A stretch of 64,000 nucleotides of DNA, taken from a candidate division FCPU426 bacterium. GTDB taxonomy: Bacteria; Oederibacteriota; Muellerivitia; Muellerivitales; Muellerivitaceae. Where the stretch lies: contig CAWCKJ010000007.1 in the NCBI GenBank assembly GCA_963796105.1, positions 1 to 64,000 on the forward strand. Reading direction: 5' to 3'. The position numbers and the translations under genes were made by a program. This document shows, one piece after another, positions 1 to 10,959 of the stretch (positions are counted from its first letter, which is position 1; the number at the start of each line of letters is the position of its first letter). A model generated the notes under the pieces. That model saw only the letters and a program-made list of their open reading frames with translations. It was not told where the DNA came from and ran no database searches.

Positions 1-62
1 TAAATGATGGTATTGTTGGCATTTGCAACCCCTCTTAACAAATCAATGAATCATAAAATACT

Positions 63-2750
63 TTAATACCCGTATATTTCCATACGACGTCGAAAAGCTA
101 GGATTCCCCTCCTTCCAGAATGTTTCGCACTTCTGCTTTTGTTTCAGCCCGATCAATAGAACCACGTTCAAAAACAATCCCTTTATCAACAGAACGTCGC
201 ATAGGAATAAGTAATTCCGCATCACCTAAAACAGCAATATTTGCATTATGGGTAATGAGAATAACTTGTCTTTTTTCTTTAATTTCTCTAAGGGTTGTAA
301 CGATGGAACTAAAAATAAAAGCGTTGTCCAAATCATCTTCTGGTTGGTCAATTATCAGAGGTAGGTTGGTTTCAGGCAAACATTGCAATCGTTAAAAAGA
401 TTGTATGTTTTTGTCCATCAGAAAGTTGATTCACGGGTATATCTTTTGGAGGGGAACTTTTGGTCCTAACAGTAATTATTGGACAAGGGGGTTTCCAAAG
501 AACTTCCAATTTGTGAATTGTTGTCAGAAACCGAAACCTTGAAATCATTTCTTTTGCCCAAACGGAACCAATTTCTCCAACTTTTGAAAGTTCTGTAGCA
601 TTTCCGAATTTTATAAGTTCGGCTAGTTACTTTAGGGTAACACTAGAAGCAAAACGATTAGCTAGTTGCTCTGACAAATGGGACCCTTGCATGACTTCCA
701 AAATAATACTTTTAAAATCTTCAATAATGCCGGAGGGTTCGTAATGAACAAAAACAAAATAATCTTGAATCGTCTTGGAAAGGTGTTTGTTGATACTTTG
801 TAACTGTTCTTTTCTCCTATCCGATATTTTTTTTCGGGTCTCATCAAGTTCAAAAAGATATTTTTTTCGATCTGCCCTTAATTGGTTAAGTTGAGGTAGT
901 TGAGCATTAATATTTGTAATTGTCCGGGTTACTTCAGTTTTTTGATTAACTATGGTTTGAAAGTCCTCAAGACTTCCCGTTAAACCCTTCTTTCGAAGTT
1001 CTCCGATTTTTTCGCTCAAATCCGCTTCCATCGTGGAATGGTTAAGATTTAATTCTTGAATCTTTGCCTCAATGTTTAATGCAACAACTTTCAATTGAGA
1101 ATTAATTTCCTTTTCTTTTGTCGAAAGAAAAAGATTAGCCTCCTCAATGATTTTTTTGATATCTCCTAGAATTTGGTCGCTTTTGGGGTCGGCGGTTATT
1201 TCCCCAGTCGTTTCTTTAAGTTCATCAAAATTTCGCAGGAAATTAGAAAGACTCATTCCATTTCTATAACTTTTTTTATACTCGTCTAAAGCCTGAGCCA
1301 AACTTTTTTCTGATGACAATTTTGATTGAATAGCAGCAATCTCTTTTAGCTTTCCCTCTTCTGCAATTTTAATTTTCTTTACTAATTCTTTTAAGGTTTG
1401 TTGATTAGCTGGAAGCTGTTCAAATCTACCTTCTAAAGGAATCAATTGGCCGCTATTTTCCTCCAGCACCGAAACTAACTCCGCCTCTTTTTCTCGGAGG
1501 TCCCGCAAAGAAATATGGCGATCTAAAAACTCCTGTAACAAAATGGGATTTTTCAGAGGATCTTTAGCCACTTCGGCTAAATCTCCTTGGCTATAAAACT
1601 CAACGCGAAATGCATCCTCAGGAACATCATGAATTTTGTCCTCTTTTGCTTTAACTAAGGGCCGGGCACCCCTTCTTCTTTCATATCGATATATAACCCC
1701 ATTAGAATCCTCACAATAAACAATTACGGCGTTCGGTCCATTTGTATTTTCTTCAAGCTTTTCAGAAATACCCAAACCAAATGCCAAACATTGTAAAACC
1801 GTACTTTTTCCTGTTCCTCGCCCCCCTATCAAACAATTCAAATTGTTGCTTAAATTAATTACCTGACCATCAATAAACCCACCCGAAATATGCAAACCAA
1901 GAATCCGAGGAATTGATCTTGGTATTGTTGCCAATGGACGTACCCTTGCTGTGGGATCAAGAAGTGCTGTTCTGAATGATTCAAAGGTTAATTCATTCAT
2001 TTTTATCCGAGTTATGGTTTGATCGAAATTTCTTTCATTAAAAGACTTCATAGTATGGGCATCAGAAGACTGGATATGGGCCAAATGGACCCGAGAAAAT
2101 GTTGATCCATTTTTACTTCGAACATCTATTAACTTGCGCCTTTCCAAACCACGGGGATTATTGTCGTCATCCGTTGAATACCAATTAAGATTTTGCGTTT
2201 CTTTAATTTCAACTCCCAAAAGGCCTGAACTAGTAATAATATCTTTCTTCCAATTTGGATAACCTTCAGAAAGCATTTCAAACCCTGTTTTCGGAAGATC
2301 AATGTGTGCCGCTAAGCAAACCCCACCAAGTGTTTCGGCTTCTTTAATAACATCTGCCATAGACCGTGTAGTATGGGTATCCAATTCCCCGCGTTTTCCC
2401 ACAAGATTTATTCTGGCCAAAAGTTCATTTGCGTTTTCAACCTTGTCAGGAGAAAAATAAACAAGTAAATGGCCATTAGCAGTTGTTATTTCCACCCCAG
2501 CCAATAATAAAAACCTTCCCTTAAACTTCTCGGCGTATTCAATGGCCGGTTTCAAATTGGCATCATTGTTGTGATCGGTTATTGCAAGAATTGAAATATT
2601 TAGAGTTAATGCGGAATCAATCAGGGCTTGGACTGTCATTGTGGAATCTTTAACGTCGTGGGACCCTCCGAAAGAATGAACGTGCAAATCTCCATTAAAA
2701 AATCGGGCTCCATTATCAAATGCTTCAATTTCTTTAAATGTTATTGCCAT
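63..2750 (-). pseudogene. PHP phosphoesterase fused to an SMC/ABC-like ATPase (ppl / TrlF-like putative anti-phage protein), disrupted
   Basis: PHP motifs DLHVHS, ITDHN, GVEIT, AAHID and SSDAH; Walker A GGRGTGKST; coiled coil. After the in-frame TAA at 627-629 the same frame continues to the signature NQLSDGQKHT. A frameshift near 375 leads to Walker B LIIDQPEDDLDN and ITHNANIAV. A second frameshift near 98 leads to AFRRRMEIYGY-stop at 63. Confidence 0.85.
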
Positions 2751-2916
2751 GTTTTGACCTTCGTTTGATTATTAATTTCGCAAGGGGGTCGTAATATTAT
2801 GCTATTAACCAAAAACAATTTCTTCTTAATAACTTTTTTAAACCAAAAACCGAAAAAATACATTGTTTTTTCCGGTTTTAATTCGGGCAAAACGAAACGA
2901 AGGTTGTTTTGAATTT

Positions 2917-3219
2917 TTACCTTGCGTGAGCCAACATTGGATTCTTTTTCCGCAAAATACGGACTACCTTCCAAACACTTCCAAATTCAGGATTCCCTTT
3001 TTCGGACAAAACCTTATAAAGACTTTGCCTAGCCAAGCCCGTTTCTTTTGCGAGCTTTGTGAATCCCCTGGTCGCATCCACTATGTCTCGAAGCATGGAA
3101 AGAACAACGGCTGGTTCATCCTCGTTTAAAGCCTCGTTTAAATAAGCTTTTCGAAAGCTTTCATTGGTTTTCAAATGTTCAATGATCGCTGTTTTATGGT
3201 CCCTTAATCCTTTCATCAT
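2917..3219 (-). CDS. Addiction module antidote protein (HI1420-like HTH antitoxin)
   Basis: AYLNEAL...LRDIVDATRGFTKLAKETGLARQSLYKVLSEKGNPEF matches the family pattern; overlaps the toxin stop codon. Confidence 0.9.
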   Translation of the reverse strand: MMKGLRDHKTAIIEHLKTNESFRKAYLNEALNEDEPAVVLSMLRDIVDATRGFTKLAKETGLARQSLYKVLSEKGNPEFGSVWKVVRILRKKNPMLAHAR

Positions 3220-3482
3220 TTCACCCCTTTATTGCGGCTTTTAAATTCGTCCCAGTATTCATGGGCTTTTCGAATATCCTGTTTTTGGTCTTTCTTCTCG
3301 CCCCCAACTAAAATAAGCATCATAGTTTTTTCAATTTGTCGGACATAGACCCGAAAAGCCTGCCCCACATGGATTCGTAGTTCAAGAATTCCGTCTTGAA
3401 CGTCGTCGTAATCCCCCAATAAACCTTGTTCCAACCTTTTGATCCGCTTTTCCACAATGACCGCTGATTTAAAATCTTTTTT

Positions 3483-4849
3483 GGGTCTTCTCCAAAAGTT
3501 GTGGGTAAAAAATCAAGCTAAAAGTCTGTTAAGCCTTTCCCTGTAACGAATTTCAGACCTTGATGAGTCTGAAAAACTTGTCATGCTTGAGGAATGAAAA
3601 ACTTCAAGCGTCTGTATGACACCTACCGATTTCCCGGCTTCACCCCCCGAATCACGCTCAAAGGATTATTTGGTGACCGGTGCGCCCGGATCATTTCCCT
3701 ACGCCGCCGGGGAAAAAAACGATTTGTGGAGCCTGTGGAAAGGTTTCTCGGACCTTTTACGACCACAAGACCAGGCTGGTGCGCGACAAGCCTTGCGGAG
3801 ACTTGCGTATTTACCTGGAAATGGAAGTCCGGCGTGTGGACTGCAAGGACTGCGGTGCTGTGAAAGGTGAACGGCTTTCCTGGCTGAACAACCCCTTCTA
3901 CACCAAGCGGTTCGCCTATTACATCGGCAAACGCTGTCAAAACACCACGATCCGCGAAGTGGCCGATGAACTTTGCCTGGATTGGAAGACCGTGAAGTCC
4001 ATGGAAATGGACTACATGCGGGAAAAGTTGAAGCGAGCAGGTAACCCGACACCTCGAGTGTTGGGGATGGATGAAATCTCGGTTCGCAAGGGGCACAACT
4101 ACCGGATCGTGGTGAGTGACCTGGAACGTGGTCGGCCCATTTGGTTTGGTGGAAAGGACCGCACGGAAGAAAGTCTGGATCTGTTCTGGGAGGAATTAGG
4201 CCAGAAAAAGGCCGAAAAGGTTCGGTTGGTGGTCATGGACATGTGGGAGGCGTTCGAGAATTCCACGGTTAAAAACGCGACTCAGGCGGCCATCCTCTAC
4301 GACAAGTTCCATGTGATGAGAAAACTAGGCGAGGCCATGGACGCCATCCGGCGGTCGGAATATAGCCATCTTCCAAAAGTGGAAAGGGGTTATCTCAAGG
4401 GGAACCGTTACATCCTGCTGTCTCATCGTCAAAACCTGGACATGAAAGGTCGAAAAAGGTTGAAGGCGCTATTGGCGGTCAACCAGCGATTGAATACGGC
4501 CTATGTCTTGAAAGAGTCCTTTGGTCAACTTTGGGACTACAAGTACTCCGCCTATGCTGAAAAATTCTTTGAGAATTGGAAGTCATCCTTGAAGGGTCAA
4601 AATCTGAAGCCATATGAGAAATTTTCACAGACGGTGGAGAGGCATTGGGAAGGAATCGTGGCGCACTGCAAGCCGGAGAACAAGGTTTCATTGGGGTTTG
4701 TGGAAGGGTTGAACAACAAGATTAGGGTGATTCAGCGTCGGGCTTACGGTCTTCGAGACCCTGAATACCTGCGGCTCAAGGTGCTGACTTGTACCCTACC
4801 CAACTTCTGAAAATACCTCTAAATTACCCACACGTTTGGGAGAAGACCC
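3483..4849 (+). mobile_element. ISL3-family insertion sequence, 1367 bp
   Basis: Terminal inverted repeats GGGTCTTCTCCAAAAGTTGTGGGTAA / TTACCCACACGTTTGGGAGAAGACCC; 8-bp target duplication TCTTTTTT at 3475-3482 and 4850-4857. Confidence 0.95.
3594..4810 (+). CDS. ISL3 transposase, needs a -1 frameshift at GGGGAAAAAAAC (3709-3720)
   Basis: ATG 3594 frame (MKNFKRLYD...RRRGKK) joins the 3680-4810 frame (KKTICGACG...); zinc finger CxxC...CxxC; motifs LGMDE, VMDMW, YDKFHV, VEGLNNKIRVIQRRAYG. Confidence 0.9.
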
Positions 4850-5007
4850 TCTTTTTTTAACAACTCCGAATACCATTCCTGGTAAGGGCACTTGCCATCG
4901 AGCGTCTCATAGTCCTTTAATTCAAAAGGTGTTGTTTCCAATTACCTCTCCTTTTAATTGTCGCCTATGGTTGACACTTTTTCAAGGCCCGTTTTGTTGA
5001 AATTCCG

Positions 5008-5818
5008 CTAATCAGCTAATGGTTGATTCAACTGATGCCAGCATTTTTTGAACGGTTTTGTATTAACCCTTTCAAAATCGGATACAAACCATTGAGGTTG
5101 TTCTTCAGGTTTAATTCTTGTTTGAAGGGAACGAATCATTCGGACCGCATTTCCAGGCGTTGCGGAAACGATCAGTTTTAGGGCGCGGGGAAAACCACCT
5201 TTTAAATTCTCGGTCATTCTTTGGAGGATTACGTCGTTGTAGTGATGGTTCTCAAGCTCAAGTGCAAAACCAACTCTTCGGCCTTCAATATCGGCCTCGA
5301 AATAACCATCCGGTGTTCTTCTTCCTTTGGGATTGGGGTTGGCCCCATTGGAACGCCATCTTTCCTTGTCTCAACTTCCCTTCCAGGTATTCCGCCTTAA
5401 TGGAAGGGGTGATACCTGATCGCATCTCAAAATCCGAAACCCAAAAAATATCCTTAAGTTCTTCCAATGACTCGAATGTTATTCGGATCGTCTGAACCAT
5501 AACGTCATGCTCTTTTTCATGGGTGTTGATCTTTACCGGATACTTGTTGCTCCTCACCAATATCTTGTTATTTTCGTCCAAAGTTCTCAAAGCTCCCGCA
5601 GTTAAGAAGAAAAGGTTACTGTTCCCAATGGGTGTTTTTAGAACGTGAAGAAGATCCCTTTCCGGGCTAGTGTACTTTTTAAGTATTTTGTAAGCGTTCC
5701 TGGAAGTCTGGTTGGGAAGGAATTTTTTATAAAATAATTCCGGTGTCGTAAATTTATTGGAATGAATCCATACGAGATGTTCCATTTCTATATCAGTCAT
5801 TGCTTTCAAAGCTTTCAA
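5008..5818 (-). pseudogene. Replication-relaxation (Replic_Relax-like) protein, one frameshift
   Basis: N-terminal wHTH-like region with HEKEHDVMV. A +1 shift near 5370 gives DKERWRSNG...RTPDGYFEADIEGRRVGFALELEN (PD...ExE nuclease-like motif), continuing into the 5008-5217 ORF. Lies directly downstream of a coupling protein. Confidence 0.65.
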
Positions 5819-7689
5819 TGGACTTCTTCTTTCTTTATTTTTTTAGAATAACCTTCTCCCTTGGACAATATTTCCGTGTCAGGCATTGGTTCAACCTTCA
5901 CCTTCTTTTTGATCGGGGTTTTCGCTTCTTCTTTTTTTGGGCTCGTTTTTGATTGAGTCTCAGCTTTGGGCAAAACAATCTTGTTGTATTGGTTGGCTTT
6001 TAAATGGTTGTCCCGAATCGGAACGCACCCCACATAATCAAATTCCCTAGGAGGCGGTTTGACTTCCTTGAGCTTCATCTTGAAAACTTTCGGACCTGAG
6101 ACATAAACGATCCTGCACACCGCTTCCCCACGTTTCATTCCCCTCAAGTAATTAGGATGAATAATGAACTCCTCATCCTGTTTTTCGGTCCGTCCCCTAG
6201 GCTGAGAGATACGGGTGTCATATGAATAAACGTCTTTCTTTGTGACTTTGGTCCCGAATATCGAAGCGAAGAAGTCCACCGTGTCTTTCTCCGTGATGTT
6301 CATCACGATTTTGTGGTTGGTGTTGGTGAGAATGTCGTCCTTGAATTCCTGGCTGACGGCCCCCAACTGGCCCAGGCTGTGGTGGGCTAGAAAGAAGCAA
6401 ACATTGGCTTCCCTCCCTAAGGAAATAAGGTCATTGAGCCCCGGATAAGCGGCGGTATAGAACTCGTCCAAAAAGACGAAAAAGGGCCTTTCCGGCTTCT
6501 CAATAAGCCTCCGCCCTATAACCCCCGCCAAGTCAGTTAGGGCCGAAATAATGACCGGTTTGGAGTCCTCCTGGTTCACCAGCGAAGAGGTTCCAAATAG
6601 GAATATCTGTTGTTTCTCAACAACATCCCTCATCTTGATATCAGGGTTTAGGGTATTAATAAGGGGTGACCATTCGCGGGTGGTGAAACGTGCCAATTTG
6701 CTGGTTAGGCCTGAAAGATTAAGCTCCCTGTCCTTCTCCGACATATTGACCCACTTTTCCAGGAAGTATTTCCCCGAGACGGTGTCCTCGTGTTTCCGAG
6801 CCAAGACTTTGATCGAATCGAACGACCTAATCTCGTTTGAGATAAGGTTCTGGTAATCCATCCTGGTGACGTGCTTGAACTCCAAGAAAAGAAGGTTGGT
6901 AAGGTTGCTCAAAACGTCGCTGGCTTGGTCCCGGTAATATTCCTGGGTCACAGGGCCGTAAAAGATCGACTTCATGAGGCCATTGAAGACCTCGTCCGGT
7001 TTGTCCTTAAAGTCCGGGTTGTAAGTCTGGCTCCTTTTAACATCTGCCAAGTCAAAATACTTGAGGTCATGGAGCCGCCCGTATTTCTGGGCGTAATAGG
7101 GAATGTGTTTGTTGTAGTTGGATTTGGCGTCAAAAACGAACATCCCCAAACCGTTCCTGATCCCCTGCTCAATCATGTGGTTGAAGATGTTGGTCTTCCC
7201 CATGCCCGAAGAGCCTATGACTTCGGTGTGGTACTTGAGCAGTTCAGCAGGAATGAAAAACTTGTTTTCCGCATCTAGGTATAAAGAGAATGTCCCGCCT
7301 TCATGGCGGGGCGACTCTCCTGGATGTTCAGGGATATGCCTCATAAAAAAATGAATGAAATAAATGCAGAAGCCGATCATGATGGAAAGCCCCATCACCA
7401 CATCCCCCGTGAACCCCTCGGTTCCCAGGAACACCCCGAAAAAGTCATGGCAAAATGCTAGTGCGATGACTGCCGGGGCAAAAGCCAAGAGGTGGTCTAT
7501 ACGAACATGCTTCTCAAACATGAAAAGGAAACCGACGGAAAGGGCCGAAAGAGTATCAAAGGGGGTAACGGATGGGGATAGGACTCCCAGGACTTCCAGG
7601 GTGAATTTAAGGCCCGAATAGACGGCAAATCCTGCCAATACAGTAGGAGTATGGCTCTCAATCTTCTTGAAAAAATTCCCAAACGCCAT
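5815..7689 (-). CDS. Type IV secretion coupling protein (VirD4/TraD/TrwB-like ATPase)
   Basis: N-terminal TM helices; HTEVIGSSGMGKT (Walker A), VFDAK, YNP, FVFLDEF (Walker B), GREANV...HSLGQL, ILTN, FIIHPNYLRGMKRGEA. Confidence 0.9.
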   Translation of the reverse strand: MAFGNFFKKIESHTPTVLAGFAVYSGLKFTLEVLGVLSPSVTPFDTLSALSVGFLFMFEKHVRIDHLLAFAPAVIALAFCHDFFGVFLGTEGFTGDVVMGLSIMIGFCIYFIHFFMRHIPEHPGESPRHEGGTFSLYLDAENKFFIPAELLKYHTEVIGSSGMGKTNIFNHMIEQGIRNGLGMFVFDAKSNYNKHIPYYAQKYGRLHDLKYFDLADVKRSQTYNPDFKDKPDEVFNGLMKSIFYGPVTQEYYRDQASDVLSNLTNLLFLEFKHVTRMDYQNLISNEIRSFDSIKVLARKHEDTVSGKYFLEKWVNMSEKDRELNLSGLTSKLARFTTREWSPLINTLNPDIKMRDVVEKQQIFLFGTSSLVNQEDSKPVIISALTDLAGVIGRRLIEKPERPFFVFLDEFYTAAYPGLNDLISLGREANVCFFLAHHSLGQLGAVSQEFKDDILTNTNHKIVMNITEKDTVDFFASIFGTKVTKKDVYSYDTRISQPRGRTEKQDEEFIIHPNYLRGMKRGEAVCRIVYVSGPKVFKMKLKEVKPPPREFDYVGCVPIRDNHLKANQYNKIVLPKAETQSKTSPKKEEAKTPIKKKVKVEPMPDTEILSKGEGYSKKIKKEEVH

Positions 7690-7770
7690 TTTATATCCCC
7701 GGATTTAAAAACTTAAAATGTTGAATTAGATTTATGCCGGGAAAGAGATGGATGCAAGGCAAAACAGGGG

Positions 7771-7802
7771 GGGAACGCACTAGAGAGTCTCTCTAGTGTA
7801 CG
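7771..7802. repeat. Palindrome CACTAGAG-N5-CTCTAGTG upstream of the coupling protein gene (candidate oriT, operator or recombination site)
   Basis: Perfect inverted repeat at 7778-7798; related copy at 57212-57243; TTGCCAC direct repeats at 7861 and 7872. Confidence 0.6.
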
Positions 7803-8210
7803 CGTTTCATTTCAAAGTGACTTTTTATTCTCAATTTTCGAGAAAAAGGTAGAAAATATTTTGCCACGGCATTGCCACAAGAAGACCTAGAAAAATAAAT
7901 AAAGGAAACCCAAAGAAAAAGAATCGCGTTGAAAGACGAGTACAACCTAAACTCGGTTGCACTTCAAAGTACCACTTAAGTCCCAACTATCAAAATAATT
8001 GTCCGCTCACCGAATGTGAAGGTGATTTCTTTGCTGTTTAACTTTGTCCACTATGCCTCCCCAGATTGGACGAAACTTATTCCTAAATTTACTCGATATT
8101 ACTCCCCTTTGTGGGATTTGAGATGGTCGTTTAAAAAAAATGATTCTACGTTGAAAAAAAGTCCCTGGTGGGTTATTAACCGCAGGGCTTTATCTCTGGC
8201 AGAAACTCCG

Positions 8211-10163
8211 TTACTTAATGAAAATTATTCTCTTCAACTTGGTCCCATAAGGTTCAGTCAGCATAAAAATATAAACTCCACTAGCGCAGGGGTCACCATA
8301 CTTGTTGGTCCCATTCCATTGGTACGACTGGCTAAACGGGGCATCGAAGAACTGGGAATCGAGTGTTTTAATGTGTTCGCCCGCCGAATTGTAAATCCTT
8401 AAGTCGTAACTCCCTGGATACCGGTTGTATTCCACAAAAATGGAAACCGGTTCCGAGGAGCTGAACATGTTTTTGGACACGTAAAAGATATCTATATAAA
8501 CCGGGGTAGGGGTGGGCGTACAGGTATTTCCCGGCCAACCGCAAGGCGTGTCCGTGTCAGTAGGAGAAAAAGTTAAAGATGGCGTTGGGGTAACAGTTGG
8601 AGTGTTCGTGACCGTGAAGGTATCGGTAAACGTGTGAGTAAAGGTCGTTGTGAAGGTGGCTGTGGGTGTCGGGGTCGTAGTGAGTGTCTTGGTGAATGTC
8701 AGAGTAGACGTGAAAGTCGGTGTCAAGGTAAACGTTCTTGTAAGGGTTGCCGTATAAGTATAAGTAGAAGTCTTGGTGTTCGTCGGAGTGGACGTAACTG
8801 TGCGGGTATAGGTGTCGGTGGGCGTCATGGTTAAGGTAGGGGTGCGGGTCGGCGTATTGGTGGGAGTATTGGTGGGGGTATAAGTCGGGGTCCAAGTATT
8901 CGTATCGGTCGGTGTGTTGGTGGCGGTCGGGGTATCCGTCACCGTGGGAGTAGGTGTCTTGGTAGGTGTATTTGTCGGCGTGTCCGTCAGGGTCGATGTG
9001 GGTGTGTTCGTAGAAGTGAGTGTATTCGTCGGAGTGTTGGTCTCAGTGGATGTTGGGGTTGGGGTAAAACTATGAGTGAAAGTGCAGGTCCAGGTTAAGG
9101 TCGTCGTGTCCGTGAAGGTTGTCGTGTGGGTTGCAGTCGGTGTGTTGGTGGCGGTCAGAGTATCCGTCACCGTGGGAGTATGTGTCTTGGTAGGTGTATT
9201 GGTCGGCGTGTCCGTCAGGGTCGATGTGGATGTGTTCGTAGAAGTAAGTGTTTTCGTTGGGGTGTTGGTCTCGGTGGAAGTGTAGGTCGGGGTAAAACTA
9301 TTGGTGAAAGTCCTAGTCGGGGTTAAGGTCGGCGTGTACGTGAAGGTATTCATGAAGGTTGGCGTGTAGGTTGCAGTCGGTGTGTTGGTATAGGTTAGGG
9401 TGTCCGTCACCGTGGGGGTAGGTGTCTTGGTAGGTGTATTCGTTGAGGTGCTGGTCTTGGTGGAAGTGTAGGTCGGGGTAAAACTATTGGTGAAAGTGCT
9501 AGTCAGGGTTAAGGTCGGCGTGTACGTGAAGGTATTCGAGAAGGTAGGCGTGCAAGTTACGGTTGGGGTGTCAGTGAGGGTAAAGGTGGGCGTAATGGTC
9601 GTAGTAAAGGTTTTCGTTGGTGTGGAGGTAGATGTGACAGTATAGGTATCTGTCGGAGTATTGGTCAAGCAGGCGACCGAATCGGTGACCGCATTAGTGA
9701 GGAGCATCTGCAGGGGTGAGCCGATATCAATGGATGCTTGGTCCACGAATGAGGAAGGGACGCAAGATTTAACATAAACCCATAACGTAACCGCACCAGT
9801 AGTGGGCGAAAGCACTGTTCCCATATTCCAAACCACCATCCCCGATACTTCGGAGCAGGGCGCGCCTGAGCAGGAAACATAGGTTAGGTTGGTGGCAAGC
9901 GTGTCCACAATCGTGGTCTGGTACCAATTGCTGCCGGAATAGTTAGTATAATTAATGACAAAGCCCACAGTGACGCCGACGCTCAATTGGGCTTGGGCGT
10001 CGGAAAATCCCAGGAACAAAAGAAACGTTGAAAAACCAAATATTTTCCACATCCGTCCGACGGCCGGCCCCGTTAAAACGATGGCGGTAAGCGCTGTTGA
10101 ATTCCCGGTATGGGGAACTAACCTTTTACTCGAAATAACTAATTTTGATATTAGGACCCGCAT
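8211..10163 (-). CDS. Secreted Thr/Pro-repeat protein: DUF11-like domain, long TPT linker, C-terminal FlgD-Ig/T9SS-CTD-like domain
   Basis: Signal-like segment ending DAQA (true start may be GTG near 10050); [29 protein letters not shown]; about 380 aa of TxTPT repeats; [14 protein letters not shown]...[18 protein letters not shown]. Confidence 0.8.
   Translation of the reverse strand: MRVLISKLVISSKRLVPHTGNSTALTAIVLTGPAVGRMWKIFGFSTFLLFLGFSDAQAQLSVGVTVGFVINYTNYSGSNWYQTTIVDTLATNLTYVSCSGAPCSEVSGMVVWNMGTVLSPTTGAVTLWVYVKSCVPSSFVDQASIDIGSPLQMLLTNAVTDSVACLTNTPTDTYTVTSTSTPTKTFTTTITPTFTLTDTPTVTCTPTFSNTFTYTPTLTLTSTFTNSFTPTYTSTKTSTSTNTPTKTPTPTVTDTLTYTNTPTATYTPTFMNTFTYTPTLTPTRTFTNSFTPTYTSTETNTPTKTLTSTNTSTSTLTDTPTNTPTKTHTPTVTDTLTATNTPTATHTTTFTDTTTLTWTCTFTHSFTPTPTSTETNTPTNTLTSTNTPTSTLTDTPTNTPTKTPTPTVTDTPTATNTPTDTNTWTPTYTPTNTPTNTPTRTPTLTMTPTDTYTRTVTSTPTNTKTSTYTYTATLTRTFTLTPTFTSTLTFTKTLTTTPTPTATFTTTFTHTFTDTFTVTNTPTVTPTPSLTFSPTDTDTPCGWPGNTCTPTPTPVYIDIFYVSKNMFSSSEPVSIFVEYNRYPGSYDLRIYNSAGEHIKTLDSQFFDAPFSQSYQWNGTNKYGDPCASGVYIFMLTEPYGTKLKRIIFIK
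8510..9670 (-). repeat. Coding low-complexity tandem repeats (TNTPT/TFT/TDT)
   Basis: Recurring near-identical blocks such as GTCCGTCACCGTGGGxGTAxGTGTCTTGGTAGGTGTATT at about 8932, 9161 and 9401. Confidence 0.85.
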
Positions 10164-10229
10164 TTTATTAACACACCTTTCAAAATTGGATAATCCACTT
10201 ATCCAATACGACTAACTCGGAACCGAACA

Positions 10230-10246
10230 AGCAAACCCATTTCCGA
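10230..10246 (-). promoter_or_regulatory. sigma54 (-24/-12) promoter candidate
   Basis: TCGGAAATGGGTTTGCT on the - strand (GG-N10-GC), just upstream of the 10163 gene. Confidence 0.55.
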
Positions 10247-10959
10247 GTCTGTCATGCAAATTCCGAAAAAAAGCTGTAAAAGCCTGAGAAGCGAACCGAT
10301 AGAACTGTTGATCGCATTTTTGCGGGCTCCACCGCCCAACTGCCCGCCCGTTAATATGCTCCGCCAAATTTTCCGCTCAGCCGAAAATCATGTTGGTGGA
10401 GGCGGGCCGCTATCCCCTTGCTTACCGTTAGTCACGGTTTTTTTGGGAGAGGGCATGAAGGGATTGGTCCCAAGATTTTGAGGCGCTAATTGCGCGGCCA
10501 CAAAATTTTTAAAAAGGACTTTGTCGCCCTCTTTTAACCCCGAGATTACTTCCATTTTCTTGCCTTCACAGAAGCCCGTTTGAATGACTTGCGTTTGGGG
10601 CCCGCTATCCGGGCTTGTGGGGGCCTTCATAACAAAAAAATCACCGTCGGAAGTTTGTTGCAAAGCCTCCGTTGGAACGACCAAAACTTTATTTTTTATG
10701 GATAAATTGAAAACCACATTGGCCGTCATGCCGCTTCTCATGAAGGAAGGTGCCTTTAGGGGCCATACGTCCACCTCGTAGGTGGTTACGTTATTGACCA
10801 TGGTGGATTGGTAAGCAATCCGCCCCACCCTGCCGTTGATTAAATGGTCCGGGTAAGCATCAAGGGTGAAAAATGCTTTCTGGCCCAACTTGATCAGGGC
10901 TAGGTCGGTCTCATCCACTTGGGTGTTCACGATCAATCGGTCGGACATGACCATAATTG

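Larger units (their letters stand above)
3216..4941 (-). pseudogene. RelE/HigB-like addiction module toxin (HI1419 family) interrupted by ISL3
   Basis: 5' part 4850-4941 (TTG start, RBS GGAGAGG) reads METTPFELKDYETLDGKCPYQEWYSELLKK. The 3' part ending at 3216 reads DFKSAVIVEKRIKRLEQGLLGD...ILELRIHVGQAFRVY...GGEKKDQKQDI. Removing the IS plus one TSD copy rejoins them in frame. Confidence 0.9.

Noticed and set aside
627..629. Stop-codon recoding in the ppl-like gene
   Set aside because: The codon is TAA, many genes here end in TAA, and two frameshifts follow.
8016..8402. 128-aa + strand ORF
   Set aside because: It overlaps the 3' end of the TPT gene in antisense and has no recognisable features.
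8510..9670. Repeats that might be a CRISPR array
   Set aside because: They are in-frame Thr/Pro coding repeats with no constant repeat and unique spacer pattern, and no cas genes are present.
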